Positions 13,451 through 26,452 of a DNA stretch of 64,000 nucleotides are shown piece after piece. The notes beneath the pieces were generated by a model. That model saw only the letters and a list, made by a program, of their open reading frames with translations, did not search any database and was not told the DNA's origin. The DNA is taken from the NCBI GenBank assembly GCA_964016885.1, contig OZ024742.1:64790001-64854000 (forward strand), given 5' to 3'. Positions within the stretch are counted from its first letter, which is position 1. Each line of letters starts with the position of its first letter. Source of the DNA: Eledone cirrhosa (lineage: Eukaryota). The position numbers and the translations under genes were made by a program.

Positions 13451-14040
13451 TTAATATTTTTATTTGTAACAAGGTTTACTCTGAAATCATGAGCTGCAAT
13501 GAACAACGGAAAAAGATGCACATATAGTTGTAATATGTGTGCCAATTTAATAATGGTTTCTTATAGGCACAAGGACAGCAATTTGGGGGAGAGGAGGGGA
13601 AAGTCGATTAAATCACAAGTGTGTGACTGTGTATGTCACTATATTGCAAGGCTGAAAGAACAAGCTGCCTCTTTCACAGAAGCAGACTGACTTTTGCAGA
13701 GTCGAGAAGCAGACTCTTTCTACAAGGGAAATTTATTTATTGTTCTCTCCATGTATAATTGGAACCACTAGTCCTTCCACCCAGAGAACGTTTTCTAAAT
13801 TTGTGACTCTGAGGTCGTGGGTCAATATTAAGGTGGTTGTGTGTAGCAGACTAAGAAAACCATTGTGGGAAAATATGTCGAGATTTCGCTACATACATAC
13901 TTTAATCTTTAGCACGTTGCATATTTTCAATGCAAATCTGGCTGCAGTCTGCTAATATGCAAATCAGGCCGATCAGTTACTGTATATTTTAGAAAATAGC
14001 ATATATTTTCACTAGCTCTGACAGTTGGCAGGTGAACAGT

Positions 14041-14090
14041 GAGCTGTACTGATGAAGGGTGATACCCAAAAACATTAGTGCCTGCAGTTC
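14041..14090 (+). ncRNA. Decayed type I hammerhead
   Basis: GAGCTGTA-CTGATGA-A GGGT GAT ACCC A-AAAA-CATTAGTG-CC-TGCAGTTC; stems intact but G12 and U16.1 are mutated. Confidence 0.45.
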
Positions 14091-14189
14091 TGTTTACATG
14101 CCAACACAGGAGCAAGAATAAAGAGTTCATTCTACTGACATGGCTATAAAAATGAGGCTTGTTTGCATACTTGAAAATGAATCGAATGT

Positions 14190-14415
14190 TCGACCCCGTA
14201 AGGATGAAAGGCAAGGTTAACCTCGGCGAGATTTGAACTGAGAATGGCAAGGGCCGTAACTCTATGCCATGCTTTGATGCATAGAGTTACCCATTCTGAG
14301 TTCAAATCCCGCCGAGGTTAACTTTGCCTTTCATCCTTACGGGGTCGATAAAATAAAGTACCAGTAATGCACTGGGTATTTGCTGGCCTTGTGCCTAAAG
14401 TAGAAACAATTATTA
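14190..14415. mobile_element. Head-to-head inverted pair of SINE family 1 fragments
   Basis: 14190-14265 (minus) mirrors 14279-14349 (plus); only the plus copy has the tail. Confidence 0.8.
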
Positions 14416-14434
14416 ATATTCGAAAAACTTAGAT

Positions 14435-17063
14435 TCATCATCATCATCATCATCAACGTTTAACATCCGTGTTCCACGCTTGCATGGGTTTGGACGGGGG
14501 TATTACCACTTGAGGCAAGAGTGATTGTCTTGCTCGCATAGGACTGTCTGGCAGGTTTTCTACAGTTGGATGCCCTTCCTAACACCAACCACATTTACAG
14601 TGTGGGTCTGGGAGGTTTTTACCGTGTTGCCTACACGGCCACATTACAGCGTGAACTGTGTGTTTTTTTGTCGTGACACCTACACGATCTCATTTGTTTC
14701 GGCCTGGATGGCGTGGCACCGACATAACTTTACATAGAAGGGGGTGGTGTGGATGTGGTGGGGGTGGTGGGACGGGGTGTATTTTGTTAGAGATGCCTAC
14801 TGGCTGTAGTAGGTTTTACTATGTATTTAGGTAAAGCGGGTCTTCTCTGTTACTGAGTACCGCCAAAGGTCTCGGTCCAGTGACATTGTCTTGGAGAGGT
14901 GTAAGTGTGTGAGGTCGGAGTTTATCAGCTCGTCCCAGGTTTTTCTAGGTCTGCCTATTCCGTGGCTACCGTCTATCTTTATTGCCCTGCACTTTGTTAT
15001 ACAGCTATCGACTTTCATGCGCATTACGTGTCCATACCAACGTAGCCTTCTCTCGAGTAAACAACATCTGATCCCTCTTATTTCTAATTTTTTCCTTAGT
15101 TCGTTTATGCTTTGCCGTTCACGTATATTACTGTTACACATCCAGCGGAGCATGCAAGCTTCATTCCTCTCTAGTCTGCGTATATCCTCTGCACACAATG
15201 CCCAGGTCTCACTGCCATGCAACATTGCTGTTCGTATGCGGGCATCATACAACCTGCCTTTCATTTTTAGGGAGAACCCTTTAGCAGCTAATTGTGGTAT
15301 AAGCTCTCTGAACTTTTTCCATCCAGTTCTGACTCTAGCTACTGTACTTTCTGAACACCCTCCCCCACTGCTGATTTTGTCACCCAGGTAACGGAAGCTG
15401 TCCACTATTTCTATAGAGCCCTCTGTGCAGTTGTAAGAGCTAGTATTTTGTGGGCACTTGCTGCTACTTATTGCACCAGAGCACCGGCCACATGTAAAAT
15501 CTATGTTCTTAGTTAGCTTACCTGTGATCCCACTACATCTTTTATGCACCCATACTTTGCATTTGGGACATAAAATGGAGTTTCTACCTACGCCTTTCCT
15601 ACACACTGAGCATGGCCATTTCCCAGAAGGGACCGCCGCCTTATTTTCTTTCCTACAAACTAGAACTTTAGTCTTAGCCAGGTTAATTTTAAGTCCTTTT
15701 GATTCTAGGCCATGCTTCCATGTTTGGAAATTCTTCTCTAGCTCGGCCATTGATTCAGCTATGAGTGTCAGGTCGTCTGCGTATAGTAGTTCCCATGGGC
15801 AGCCGGTCTTGAACTCCTCTGTTATAGCCTGAAGGGCAATAATAAATAGTAGGGGGCTGAGAACAGAGCCCTGATGGACGCCAACTTTTACGCTAAACTC
15901 TTCACTATGTTCGTTGTTAATTCTAACCTTGCTGACTGTTTCTTTATACATGGCTTGTATCGCTCTCACAAGCCATTCGTCAACACCTAGTTTTCTAAGA
16001 GCCCACCAGATAATGGAGCGGGGGACTCTGTCGAAGGCTTTCTCCAAGTCGACAAAAGCTAAGTAGAGGAGTTTACCTTTAGCTAGGTACTTCTCCTGTA
16101 GTTGTCTTACAATGAAAAGAGCGTCTGTGGTATTTTTGCCTGACACAAACCCGAACTGCATTTCATCTAGGTCAATTCTCTCTCTGATTAGTTGCGCTAT
16201 TACTTTTTCCGTGACCTTCATGACCTGGTCGATTAATTTAATGCCTCTATAGTTACTCCTATCTAGGGCATCTCCTTTACCCTTATAACAGTTAACGATG
16301 ATACTGCTATGCCAGTCCTTCGGAACAACCCCATTCTGTACGACTTGGTTAACTATGCGGGTGACCATGGTGTGTCCCACCGTGCCAGATGTCTTCAGCA
16401 TCTCAGCGACTATTTCCGAAGGCCCAGCCGCCTTACCCGTCTTCATATCCTTGATTGCCTTACTTATTATACTCCCCTCGACTAACACTGCTGGTCCCTC
16501 TATTGGGTCGATGTGGGGGAGACTGTCTTTCTCCCATTTATTCTCCTCATTTAGTCGCCTTTCATAGTGACACTTCCAAGCTACCTTCTTATCAGCATCG
16601 GTGATGGCAAGTACGCCGTCATCATTAAGTACACACTTCTCCCCGACAATATCACGGTTTTCCTTGACACATTGCCTAGCAATCCTGAACACCTCACTCT
16701 TTTGGTCCTCGCGTTGTAGAACATGCTTGAACTTTCTTTCGTCTGCTTCCCTTCTTGCGAAGTACACTTGTCTCCTAGCTTCCCTCCTGGCCACTTGATA
16801 GTCTTCTCTACTTCCCCCATCCCGCCATACTTTCCAAGCCTGCTTTTTGGCCTTAATTGACCCCTCCACCACCATGTTACTCTCCTCCTGCCTACTGGCC
16901 TGCTCCAGCCACAGACTTCATCTGTCGCCATCAGCAGGTTTGCTTTCAGAAATTCCCACTGTCTCTCTATATTGTCCGACTTTAAATGCTCTTCCTTACT
17001 GTCGAAAGCATCAAGTAATATGCTTTGAAATTTATTTCTGCCTGCGGGGTCCTTTAGCTTCAT
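14435..17063 (-). mobile_element. RTE-clade LINE, 5'-truncated, (GAT)n tail
   Basis: RT motifs QFGF, FVDLEKAFD, GVHQGSVLSP, LYADD; C-terminal RRLRWYGHVMR and GRPRKTW; (ATC)n at about 14436-14454; small deletion causing a frameshift at about 16868. Confidence 0.95.
14827..16875 (-). pseudogene. RTE reverse transcriptase ORF with inserted PHD-like zinc finger (lacks the APE domain)
   Basis: 682-aa open frame from the ORF track; 5'-truncated. Confidence 0.9.
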
Positions 17064-17101
17064 AAATATATATATATATATTTATTAAAATAACAGATTA
17101 A

Positions 17102-17152
17102 AGTTTAAGCAAAGAATCGCTGCTTTCACCCTTAACGGGATCTTCTGAAACT
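17102..17152 (-). ncRNA. Hammerhead variant, CAGAAGA core (family D)
   Basis: Reverse complement is AGTTT-CAGAAGA-TCCC GTTAA GGGT-GAAA-GCAG..TTGC-TT-AAACT. Confidence 0.7.
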
Positions 17153-17465
17153 AACAAAGTCAATCTGTGAACGCAGAAGTGAATATTTAAAAAAAACGTT
17201 GCAACAGAAAGTTTTGTGCAATTTATGTTTACAAGCCTCAGATTTTTTGTTTAAGATGTGGTCTGTGGCGTAGAGTATTTCCAGGGCCTCAGCGGCGCAG
17301 AGGTCACATGGTCTTTTATTTCCGTTATACGATCTAGCCCTAGCTAGGATCTCCCAGTGTAACTTATATTGGGTGTGGTTGTCTTTTAGACTCCACATAT
17401 AAGCAGAAAGTGACGTCATATTCCTTCTTAGAGGGTAACGAAAAGAATGGGTATGCATGTAAAGC

Positions 17466-18085
17466 TGCTAAGATCCTTCTCTCCCTTATTACGAAGCATT
17501 CCCTCTACACATAAATATAGTAAAATTTTTAATAGAAATACTATTAAAATTTCTTACTCTATGACTCCTAACCTTGCACATAACATCACAGCTTCTAATT
17601 TAGCTAAACTACCTAGCCGTAGGAACACGTGCAACCCTGTAGTTAGTACTTACTGTAAGTGTAGGAATCGGGTTGACTGCCCCCTATCCGGGAAATGCCT
17701 CTCTAGTAACATTGTCTACAAATGTAAGGTTGAAACACCCACGTCCCGTAGGGCCTACATAGGGTTAACCACCAATAGATTCAAGCAGCGTCTTTACATG
17801 CATACCCATTCTTTTCGTTACCCTCTAAGAAGGAATATGACGTCACTTTCAGCTTATATCTGGAGTCTAAAAGACAACCACACCCAATATAAGTTACACT
17901 GGGAGATCCTAGCTGGGGCTAGATCATATAACGGAAATAAAAGACCATGTGACCTCTGCGCCGTTGAGGCCCTGGAAATAATCTACGCCACAGACCACAT
18001 CTTAAACAAAAAATCTGAAGCTTGTAAACATAAATTGCACAAAACTTTCCTGTATTACAGCCCCACATTATACCCTAACGGATAG
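17466..18085 (+). pseudogene. PLE GIY-YIG endonuclease (5'-truncated, open frame)
   Basis: HKYSKIFNRNTIKISYS...CKCRNRVDCPLSGKCLSSNIVYKC...YIGLTTNRFKQRLYMH...TSLSAYIW...CDLCAVE...LNKKSE. Confidence 0.9.
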
Positions 18086-18295
18086 TACGATCTATACACA
18101 GATATTTTACGTCTTGATGTGGTAGCTAAGTATATGTTATGTTTATACCATTACTTATTTGTATAGGTAAGTATATATTACCTGTATGTTTTGTGAAGGG
18201 AACGTTTCCACGAACCAAAGTATCGCCTTCCTGTCTTCCTCCGGTTGCAACGTTTTTTGAAATATTCACTTCTGCGTTCACAGATTGACTTTGTT

Positions 18296-18346
18296 AGTTT
18301 CAGAAGATCCCGTTAAGGGCGAAAGCAGCGATTCTTTGCTTAAACT
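18296..18346 (+). ncRNA. Hammerhead variant, CAGAAGA core, CUU site (family D)
   Basis: AGTTT-CAGAAGA-TCCC GTTAA GGGC-GAAA-GCAG CGATTCT TTGC-TT-AAACT; all three stems present. Confidence 0.72.
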
Positions 18347-18472
18347 TTAATCTGTTATTTTAATAAATATTTGCTCTACGGTTCTTATATATTTGATATA
18401 TATTTATCATTATCGAGCCCTCTTTGGATTTTAGTCTTCAAATTTATTATTATTACTATATATATATATATA

Positions 18473-19335
18473 CAGAGTGTCCATAAAGTCTCTACAATTT
18501 AAAAAAATTATTACAAAAGCAAATGAACAGACAAATATGTGAAAGTTGTTACAAAATGAGGAGTAGATATTGAAGTTGTTTTTAACTAATTTAATACACC
18601 TCTATATGGGCACCATTAGTTGCACGAAGCACATCAAGACGGAGCTTGATTTCTTGCTATGTTCGCTGTAGCATAGCCTCATCAACGGGAGCAATGGCAT
18701 CAGTGATATTTTGCTTTAGATCAGTGGTGTCTCGTATTTTTGTTTGATACATGATATCTTTAACATAAAGAAGTCCAAGGGAGTGATATCTGGTGAACTA
18801 AGTGGTCAGGGAACTGGGGCATCCCTTCCAATCCACCAGTCTGAAAATGTTTGATTTCGGAACCCACGAACATGCTGTCCCCAATGTGGTGGTGCAGCAT
18901 CTTGCTAGAAAATGATTGTTGGTTGAAGGCCATCTAGTTGTGGTGCCACATATTCAGTCAAAAGGTCAAGGTAAATATTTGCAGTAATTGATGTCTCGTT
19001 GAAGAAAAATGGACCAATGATTCGATTGCACATAATCCCACACCACAAGGTGGATCCCTTCCATACGTAGTTCTGTAGTTTTACTGAGTCTGCGTATCTG
19101 ATTTTGTTTCAATAAACCATGACACGCATTGTGCCTTTTCTTGAGGAGTAGCCATATTTTAGGGGTTCATTTAACAGTAGATCTTTCTTCAACAGAATAC
19201 CAGAAATGCATCAATGCAGTTTGATTAAAAACTTTGGTAACTACTGAGAACATAGAACAAATCTGATTAAGATATTTCATCAATTGCTTTTGTAATATAT
19301 TTTTCAAATTGTAAACAGATTTTATGGACACCCTG
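18473..19335 (-). mobile_element. Tc1/mariner-superfamily DNA transposon, internally deleted
   Basis: TIRs CAGAGTGTCCATAAA / TTTATGGACACCCTG with TA on both sides; remnant MATPQEKAQCVSWF...IGPFFF...QDAAPPHW...WIGR...SPDITPLDF. Confidence 0.9.
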
Positions 19336-19366
<31 letters not shown>

Positions 19367-19394
19367 ACATATATATATCTGTGTGCGTGTGTGT

Positions 19395-19790
19395 ACAGTA
19401 AGACAAAAGACCCGCCTTCCTTTATGTATGAAGTTAAACCTACAGTCAGCAGGCACCTCTTAATCAAATATACACTCCACCCTACTATCTCTATTCCATC
19501 CTCCCACTTCCACCCACACCACCCTTTCTCTGTAAAGTTATGTTGATACCACAGAAATATCAAGTCCACGCTGTAAAGTGAAGGAGACACGGTAAAGAGG
19601 CTCCCAGTCCACACTGTAAATGTGGTTGGTGTTAGGAAGGGCATCCAACCGCAGAAAACCTGCCAGATACAGTTCTATACGAGCGAGACACGGTCACCCG
19701 ACCAATCTTGCCTCAAGTGGGACAATCCTGCTAGATAGACGTTAAATGGAAGATAGACGTTAAATGATGATGATGATGATGATGATGATG
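19395..19790 (+). mobile_element. RTE 3'-UTR fragment with (GAT)n tail
   Basis: Colinear with the 3' UTR of the 26453 element; GGAAGGGCATCC block; GACGTTAAATGATGAT end. Confidence 0.8.
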
Positions 19791-20120
19791 AAATGTGTTT
19801 ATTCATGTTTATTTATATGTTAATCAATTTCTAGTTATTATAAAATGCTCGGACCTATTCGTTAGAATCTTAGAGCTTATTTTGCGGGTGATATGGCGCA
19901 TGTCTTTTTGGCATGACACCCATAATTTTGATTATCTTAATTTTGGATATAGATATATATATATATAGTAATAATTATATATATAGTAATACTTGTGTCT
20001 ACTTTAGGCACAAGGCCAGCAATTACCCAGTGCATTACTGGTACTTTATTTTATCGACCCCGTAAGGATGAAAGGCAAAGTCAACCTCGGCGGGATTTGA
20101 ACTCAGATCGTATATATATA

Positions 20121-20331
20121 GTAATAATGATAATAAATGTGAAGACCAAAATCCGAAGAGGGCTCGACAACAATAATATATGTATAAAAATATATAAAAC
20201 CATAGAGCAATATTTATTGAAATAACAGATTAAAGTTTAAGCAAAGAATTGGTACTTTCACCCTTAATGGGTTTCAGAAGATGCCGTTAAGGGTAAAAGC
20301 ATCGATTCTTTGCTTAAACTTTAATCTGGTA

Positions 20332-20339
<8 letters not shown>
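20121..20339. mobile_element. PLE family D head-to-head fragment, junction inside the hammerhead (about 20271)
   Basis: 20121-20271 is the reverse of about 18309-18458; 20271-20339 is a direct copy starting GTTTCAGAAGA. Confidence 0.85.
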
Positions 20340-20362
<23 letters not shown>

Positions 20363-20363
<1 letters not shown>

Positions 20364-20564
20364 CGATATTAACAAATGGAAACTATATTTATAAAACCAT
20401 ATTTATTTCATTATACATATTTCAAGGACACCAAGTTAAATTATGGTGTGCTTTCATCAGATAAAATATAATATAGAGCAGTTTTATAAATAAATATTGA
20501 CATACCCTTAAAGAATGCAACCATTACTGTTGGAGTTGTATCCCAACAATTTAAATAGAACTTT

Positions 20565-20568
<4 letters not shown>
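20363..20568. mobile_element. PLE family A fragment: inverted arm with hammerhead (20404-20468, minus) plus a 35-bp terminal piece
   Basis: Homologous to 7787-7960 and 10920-10953; compensatory changes in stem II. Confidence 0.85.
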
Positions 20569-20604
<36 letters not shown>

Positions 20605-20635
20605 TACATATATTATGTACATACATATATTATGT

Positions 20636-21463
<828 letters not shown>

Positions 21464-21493
21464 TATATACATATGTACATACATATATTATGT

Positions 21494-21551
<58 letters not shown>

Positions 21552-22339
21552 ACACACACAATATATATATATATACTATATAAATGCAGGTGAGAGAAGA
21601 ATGAAAATTAACTTACTTGGCTGTTTTCTACCAGTTATCTGTTTAAAGCCTGTCAGATATTGTTGTGCCCTCCTACACTCTCCTCAACCCTTGTCCTAGT
21701 GGTGGTTGTGGTGGTGTAATAGTGAATGCAAGGTAAGAACAGACACATGCATGTATACACGCACATGCAAACATACATACATACATACATACACACACAC
21801 TAGCACACACAAACAGGCATATGTGTGTGTCTCTATGTTTGTCATAGTGAGTGGGTGGGAAAGATATAGAGAAAGGGGGGGGGTGAAGGAGGGGGGCAGG
21901 AAGAGATGGGAGGGGGGTGTAATTTATGGTAGTGGTGGGAGTTAGTGGTAGTGGTGGGAGTTAGTGGTAGTAGTAGTGGTGGTAGTTAGTGGTAGTGGTG
22001 AGAGTTAGTGGTATAATAATTTATGGCAATCAGCAATTAAATACATCTTTAGCATGTAACAGCATTGTGGAAATATCTAAAGTGGTGGAGAGGGCTGTAT
22101 GGTGTTATGACCTACAACATGATTTGGTCTAGGTAGGTGTGGACTGTGTAGTAGAAAATGCAGGTTTAGTAATTTTCTTTGTGTGGTCAGAGCCAGAGGT
22201 GTCAAAAACTAGGTTTGTCATCTTGGGTACTAAATACCTATGTGCCAACCCTGGGCTCAGCTATACTCTTTCTAACAAGCAGAAGGAGCATGTAAAGCAG
22301 GAATGATAGATGATCCACAGTATACAAGTGTATCATTCA

Positions 22340-22850
22340 AGTGTTTTCTGTGGACCTCATACTTTTTCAAATACTTAGATGTAAGATATGATATAATATT
22401 CATTGAAATATTCTCTGTGGGCCTCAAACCTTTTGAAATGTTTATATGTAAGATATGATATATATACATGTGGGCAATTGAAGTGTTCTCTGTGGGTCTA
22501 AGACATTTTCAAATGTTTATATGTAAAATATCATGTAAGCCATGGAGGTATTCTCTGTGATGCTCAGACCTTATCAAGTACTTACATGTAGGATTTGATA
22601 TAATACACATGTGAGCCTTTGGAGTGTTCTGTGGGCCTGTAACCTTTTCAAATATTTATATGTAAAATATAATATAATATACATGTGGGAAATTTTAGTG
22701 TTCTTTGTCAATTGCAATGTTCTCTGTGGGCCTCAGACATTTTCAAATTCTTAGATGTAAGATGATATAATATACACCTTAGCAATTCAGGTGTTCTCTG
22801 TAGGCTTCAAACCCTTTCAAATGTTTATATGTAAGATATGATGCAATATA
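22340..22850. repeat. Degenerate minisatellite, unit about 70-75 bp, about 7 copies
   Basis: Recurrent TTCTCTGTGGGCCTCAGAC.TTTTCAAAT.TTTA.ATGTAAGATATGATATA. Confidence 0.8.
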
Positions 22851-22864
22851 TCTGAGATGATTTT

Positions 22865-23190
22865 GTGGTTAGAGCATTGGGCTTGCAATCGGGAGGTTGT
22901 GAGTTTCATTTCTCGGACTGGGTGATGCATTGAGTCTTTGAGCAAGACACTTTATTTCACGTTGCTCCAGTTTACTCAGCTGTACAAATGAGTTGTAACA
23001 TCACTGGTGCCAAGCTGTATCAGCCATTGCCTTTCCCTTGGACAACATTGGTGGTGTGGAGAGGGAAGATTGATACGCATGGGTGTCTGCTGGTCTTCTA
23101 CAAACAACCTCGCCCCAGGCTTGTGCCTTGGAGGAGAACTTTTTAGGTACAAATTCCATGGCCATTAGTGACTGAAGGGAGTCTTTACCC
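22865..23190 (+). mobile_element. SINE family 2 (alternative 3' part)
   Basis: GTGGTTAGAGCATTGG head; TTGAGCAAGACACTTTATTTCAC core. Confidence 0.75.
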
Positions 23191-23699
23191 TATATGTGAG
23201 CTATGAGTAAAATTAAACTGAAAAAGAAAGCTGAAATGTGTTGCCATTACAAAAGGAAATTGTTGTACAAAGTGTGAGGGGTGTGGAATAAATTAGTGTC
23301 ATACTTATCATCACACAGCTGTCACATGTATGTTTGTGTTATGCCTAACACATCCACAGACATTGGTGACTAACTCTTGTTTGACATGGGCAATCATGTA
23401 AAATATATACATTCTTCCTTTTATTCATTTATTTTTTTATTGTTTTAAGTTTATTTGATTGCATCTGTGCTAGGTGGTGGGGGCATCAACCCCCTTCAAA
23501 GAATTTAGTTAATCATATCAACACCACCACTTATTTTGTCAAGTCTGGTATTTATTTCATTGATCTCTATTCATTGAAACACTATCTATCTATCTATCTA
23601 TCTATACATACATACATCATAATCACCACCACCACCATCACCATCACCATCATCATCATCGTTATTATTATTATTATTATTATTTAATGTCTATCTTTC

Positions 23700-24032
23700 C
23701 TTCACTGGCTTGGTTAAGAGAAAGACCAAGAGAGAGAGATTGAGTGAAAGAGAGAGAGTAAAAGAAAGAAAGAGTCTGTAAGACCCCAAAAGGGTCTGTA
23801 GAAAGCAATAGTTCACATGTTTACTCTATCAAGAACTGCTCCGAACTGCTGCTGGCCTGATCTAAGGCAGGCTATTTATCCATGTCACTTCCTCTGTCTC
23901 AAGACTTGAGAACAAAAGGATCACCTTTAGAAGTTGTCCACTCTCAAACCTGTTGATGCCCGAAAGGAGATAACCCCAAAACAGACTGTTAAATGTCACC
24001 CCGGGGTCAAGGTGTGTACAGATTTCACTACA
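23700..24032 (-). mobile_element. Partial copy of an LTR-like repeat (see 25300-25959 and 53803-54490)
   Basis: Reverse complement aligns to 53803-54130 and begins TGTAG. Confidence 0.7.
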
Positions 24033-24329
24033 TTAGTTCCCCACCCTGATTGATGCAAGAGCAACGATCAATTACAAAAGAGGTAGCGAAATTTGATCAC
24101 AGGAGTGTGTCCCAAAACACAAATCGAGGGCACTGCTCCCGTACTCAGTGTACAGAGAAATTTTGGAAAAATAAAATTGTGTAAATGTGTATGCATGTGT
24201 GTGTGTAACATTTAAAAGAAGCTGTAAATATATGGAGTTGTGATCAACTCAAGTATTTTAAACTGTGTATGGCTTGACGAGGTTGCGGGTTGTCGGATTA
24301 TGTTATACAGAGGACTATTCTCTCAATGT

Positions 24330-24650
24330 ATAATTTCTATCATGCTTTCCCAGTGAGTTGGGGAAGTCGTGAACTGGATTGAGGTTTACACTATGATGTG
24401 TGTGTGTGACAGCTCACACCTATGCAGGTTTAGCTGGCCTCCTCCAAGGTATATCTCGTTGGAGGTGTCTTGAGTAATTTAATGATAGGGACCCCAGTCC
24501 TATCATCTCATTTCTACAGCTGAGTAAACTGGAGCAATGTGAAATAAAGTGTCTTGCTCAAGGAAACAACACATCACCCGGTCCGATAATTGAACTCACA
24601 ACCTTTCGATTGCAAGCCCAATGCTCTAACCACTAAGCCATGTGCCTTCA
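24330..24650 (-). mobile_element. SINE family 2
   Basis: Head GAAGGCACATGGCTTAGTGGTTAGAGC and core CCTTGAGCAAGACAC on the minus strand. Confidence 0.8.
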
Positions 24651-25029
24651 CCACTGTGACATGAGTGTGTGCAATTTCGAGTTGCATGCCTGAGTGAGTC
24701 CAGGCAGGTTGAGTCCCAGCGCGGGGGTGAGTTTCATGTGTTAATAGCTGTTTCCGTACCTCAACCAAATGAAAAGTGATCTCGCAGAATCCCCACACGA
24801 ATCAAGTACATGGATATGTAAAGAAGAAACAAAATGTTTGTGTGTGAAAAGGAATGATATGTAAGTGTTTGAAGCAAAACATGTATGTACATGCAGGCAT
24901 ATAATACAGTAAAATTATGTTCATAGACAACCTTAAAAAAAGAAGAAATAATTGTTCTAAACAACAAAAAGTTCAGTTTTTCTTTTCTTTGTGTGTCAGT
25001 GTTCTTTTTTTTTATCTTTGGTATAAGAA

Positions 25030-25959
25030 TGTTCTCATTTCTTGCTAGGAAGCTAGTAGTGTTGTCTGTTGTTGTTGAAGAAGATGACAAAGCAATTTCT
25101 CGGGCTTGTAGTATGCTCGCAGTGATATGATTGGTCATGAATTGAAGAATTGAAGCAAAGTCACCGTAAATATTACGTAGAATCAAAGTTTGGTAAATAA
25201 TTTGAAGAAGTGAAGTTTTATTATATAAATGAGAAGCTTGGTAATCATGGATTGATCAGAAGGCTGTGTGTTCAAATCACGTCTGGATGTCACCAATTTT
25301 AGTGATGGAATCTGACGGTCGTGTTGATAGCTGATTGTGTTGTGGTGTTGATTTGTTTGTTGTGTGCGTGTTCTCTTGTAGCTTGCTGTGTTGTGTGGTC
25401 ACTGTTGTGTGACTCAGTGTGACCATAGGTTGCATGTGTGCAGGTAAGTGTTAAATAAAATGATGATGATATGATAGTTCCTTGATCATGCAGTAATACA
25501 GAAGACCCACCTTGCCTATGTACAAAGTGAAACCTACAGACAGTAGGCACCTCATAACCAAAAATACACTCCCATCCCACTACCCCTATCCCCACCACCT
25601 ATACGAGCAAGACAACCAATTTTGCCTCAAGTGAGACAATTCCCATCTAAACCCATGCTAGCATGGAAGATAGACGTTAAACGATGATGATGATGATGAT
25701 GATGATGATGATAAATGAACCACAATGACACCAAACCGCTATATTATTAATTTATTGAAAATGGCTCACGCCGAAGCTATACAAAAGATACACAGGAATT
25801 ATGGACGTTATTTGTTTGTTTGTAAAAGTAGAATTGAATTGTATTTACCAAGAAAACTTCATGAACTTCACTGGCTTGGTTAAGAGAAAGACCAAGAGAT
25901 AGAGATTGAGTGAGAGAAAATGTCACCCAGGGGTCAAGGTGTGGACAGATTTCGCTACA
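25030..25959 (-). mobile_element. Gypsy-like 5' LTR with tRNA-Trp-type PBS, interrupted by an RTE 3' fragment (25490-25712)
   Basis: Starts TGTAGC; homologous to 53803-54490; followed by AATTGGTGACATCCAGACGTGAT, close to the TGGTGACCCCGACGTGAT PBS. Confidence 0.55.
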
Positions 25960-26340
25960 GGCTGAGTGATTTTTCATTGTGTCACCAGCATGACCACCTT
26001 ACAGGGTGGACTGTGTGTTTTTTGTTGTGTCACTACCACAACTACTTTACAGGATGGGCCGGATACTTCAGTAAGACATATTTATTCAATTATTCTGCTA
26101 ATTAAAAAATGTTTAAAGCAAAATAAGCCTCTAGTTTTTTCTTCACTTGTATTAGTCATTTCTGCTTTGCTAAATGACATAAGTACATCTTTTTTATTCT
26201 ATTTGTATACAAATAGCTGTTACTCCATTGAGCATTTTCACATGTCACTGTTATGTTTTTATATTTTCAAAGGTGATATTTGCTTGTAATTTTTAAAAAC
26301 TATTAATATCTGCATCCATGGATTGATATGTCTTTTCAGA

Positions 26341-26392
26341 AGTTTCAGAAGACCCAATATAAGGAGGAAAGCAGAAATTGTTTGCTTAAACT
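26341..26392 (+). ncRNA. Hammerhead variant, CAGAAGA core (diverged family D relative)
   Basis: AGTTT-CAGAAGA-CCC AATATAA GGAG-GAAA-GCAGA AATTG TTTGC-TT-AAACT. Confidence 0.6.
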
Positions 26393-26452
26393 TTTATTCT
26401 GTGTTGACAATAGATATTGTCTCTCTCTCCATATATATATATATATATATAT

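Larger units (their letters stand above)
17081..18458 (+). mobile_element. Penelope-like element, family D; inverted arm 17081-17465, direct part 17466-18458
   Basis: GIY-YIG ORF, variant hammerheads in both arms, both ends at (TA)n. Confidence 0.92.

Noticed and set aside
21617-21695. Exon-like segment on the minus strand (TAG acceptor, GTAAGT donor)
   Set aside because: Stop codons in all three frames and a weak pyrimidine tract; cannot support a coding exon.
21930-22015. Telomere-like G-rich repeat
   Set aside because: Units are GTTAGTGGTAGTGGT variants, not TTAGGG; simple low-complexity repeat.
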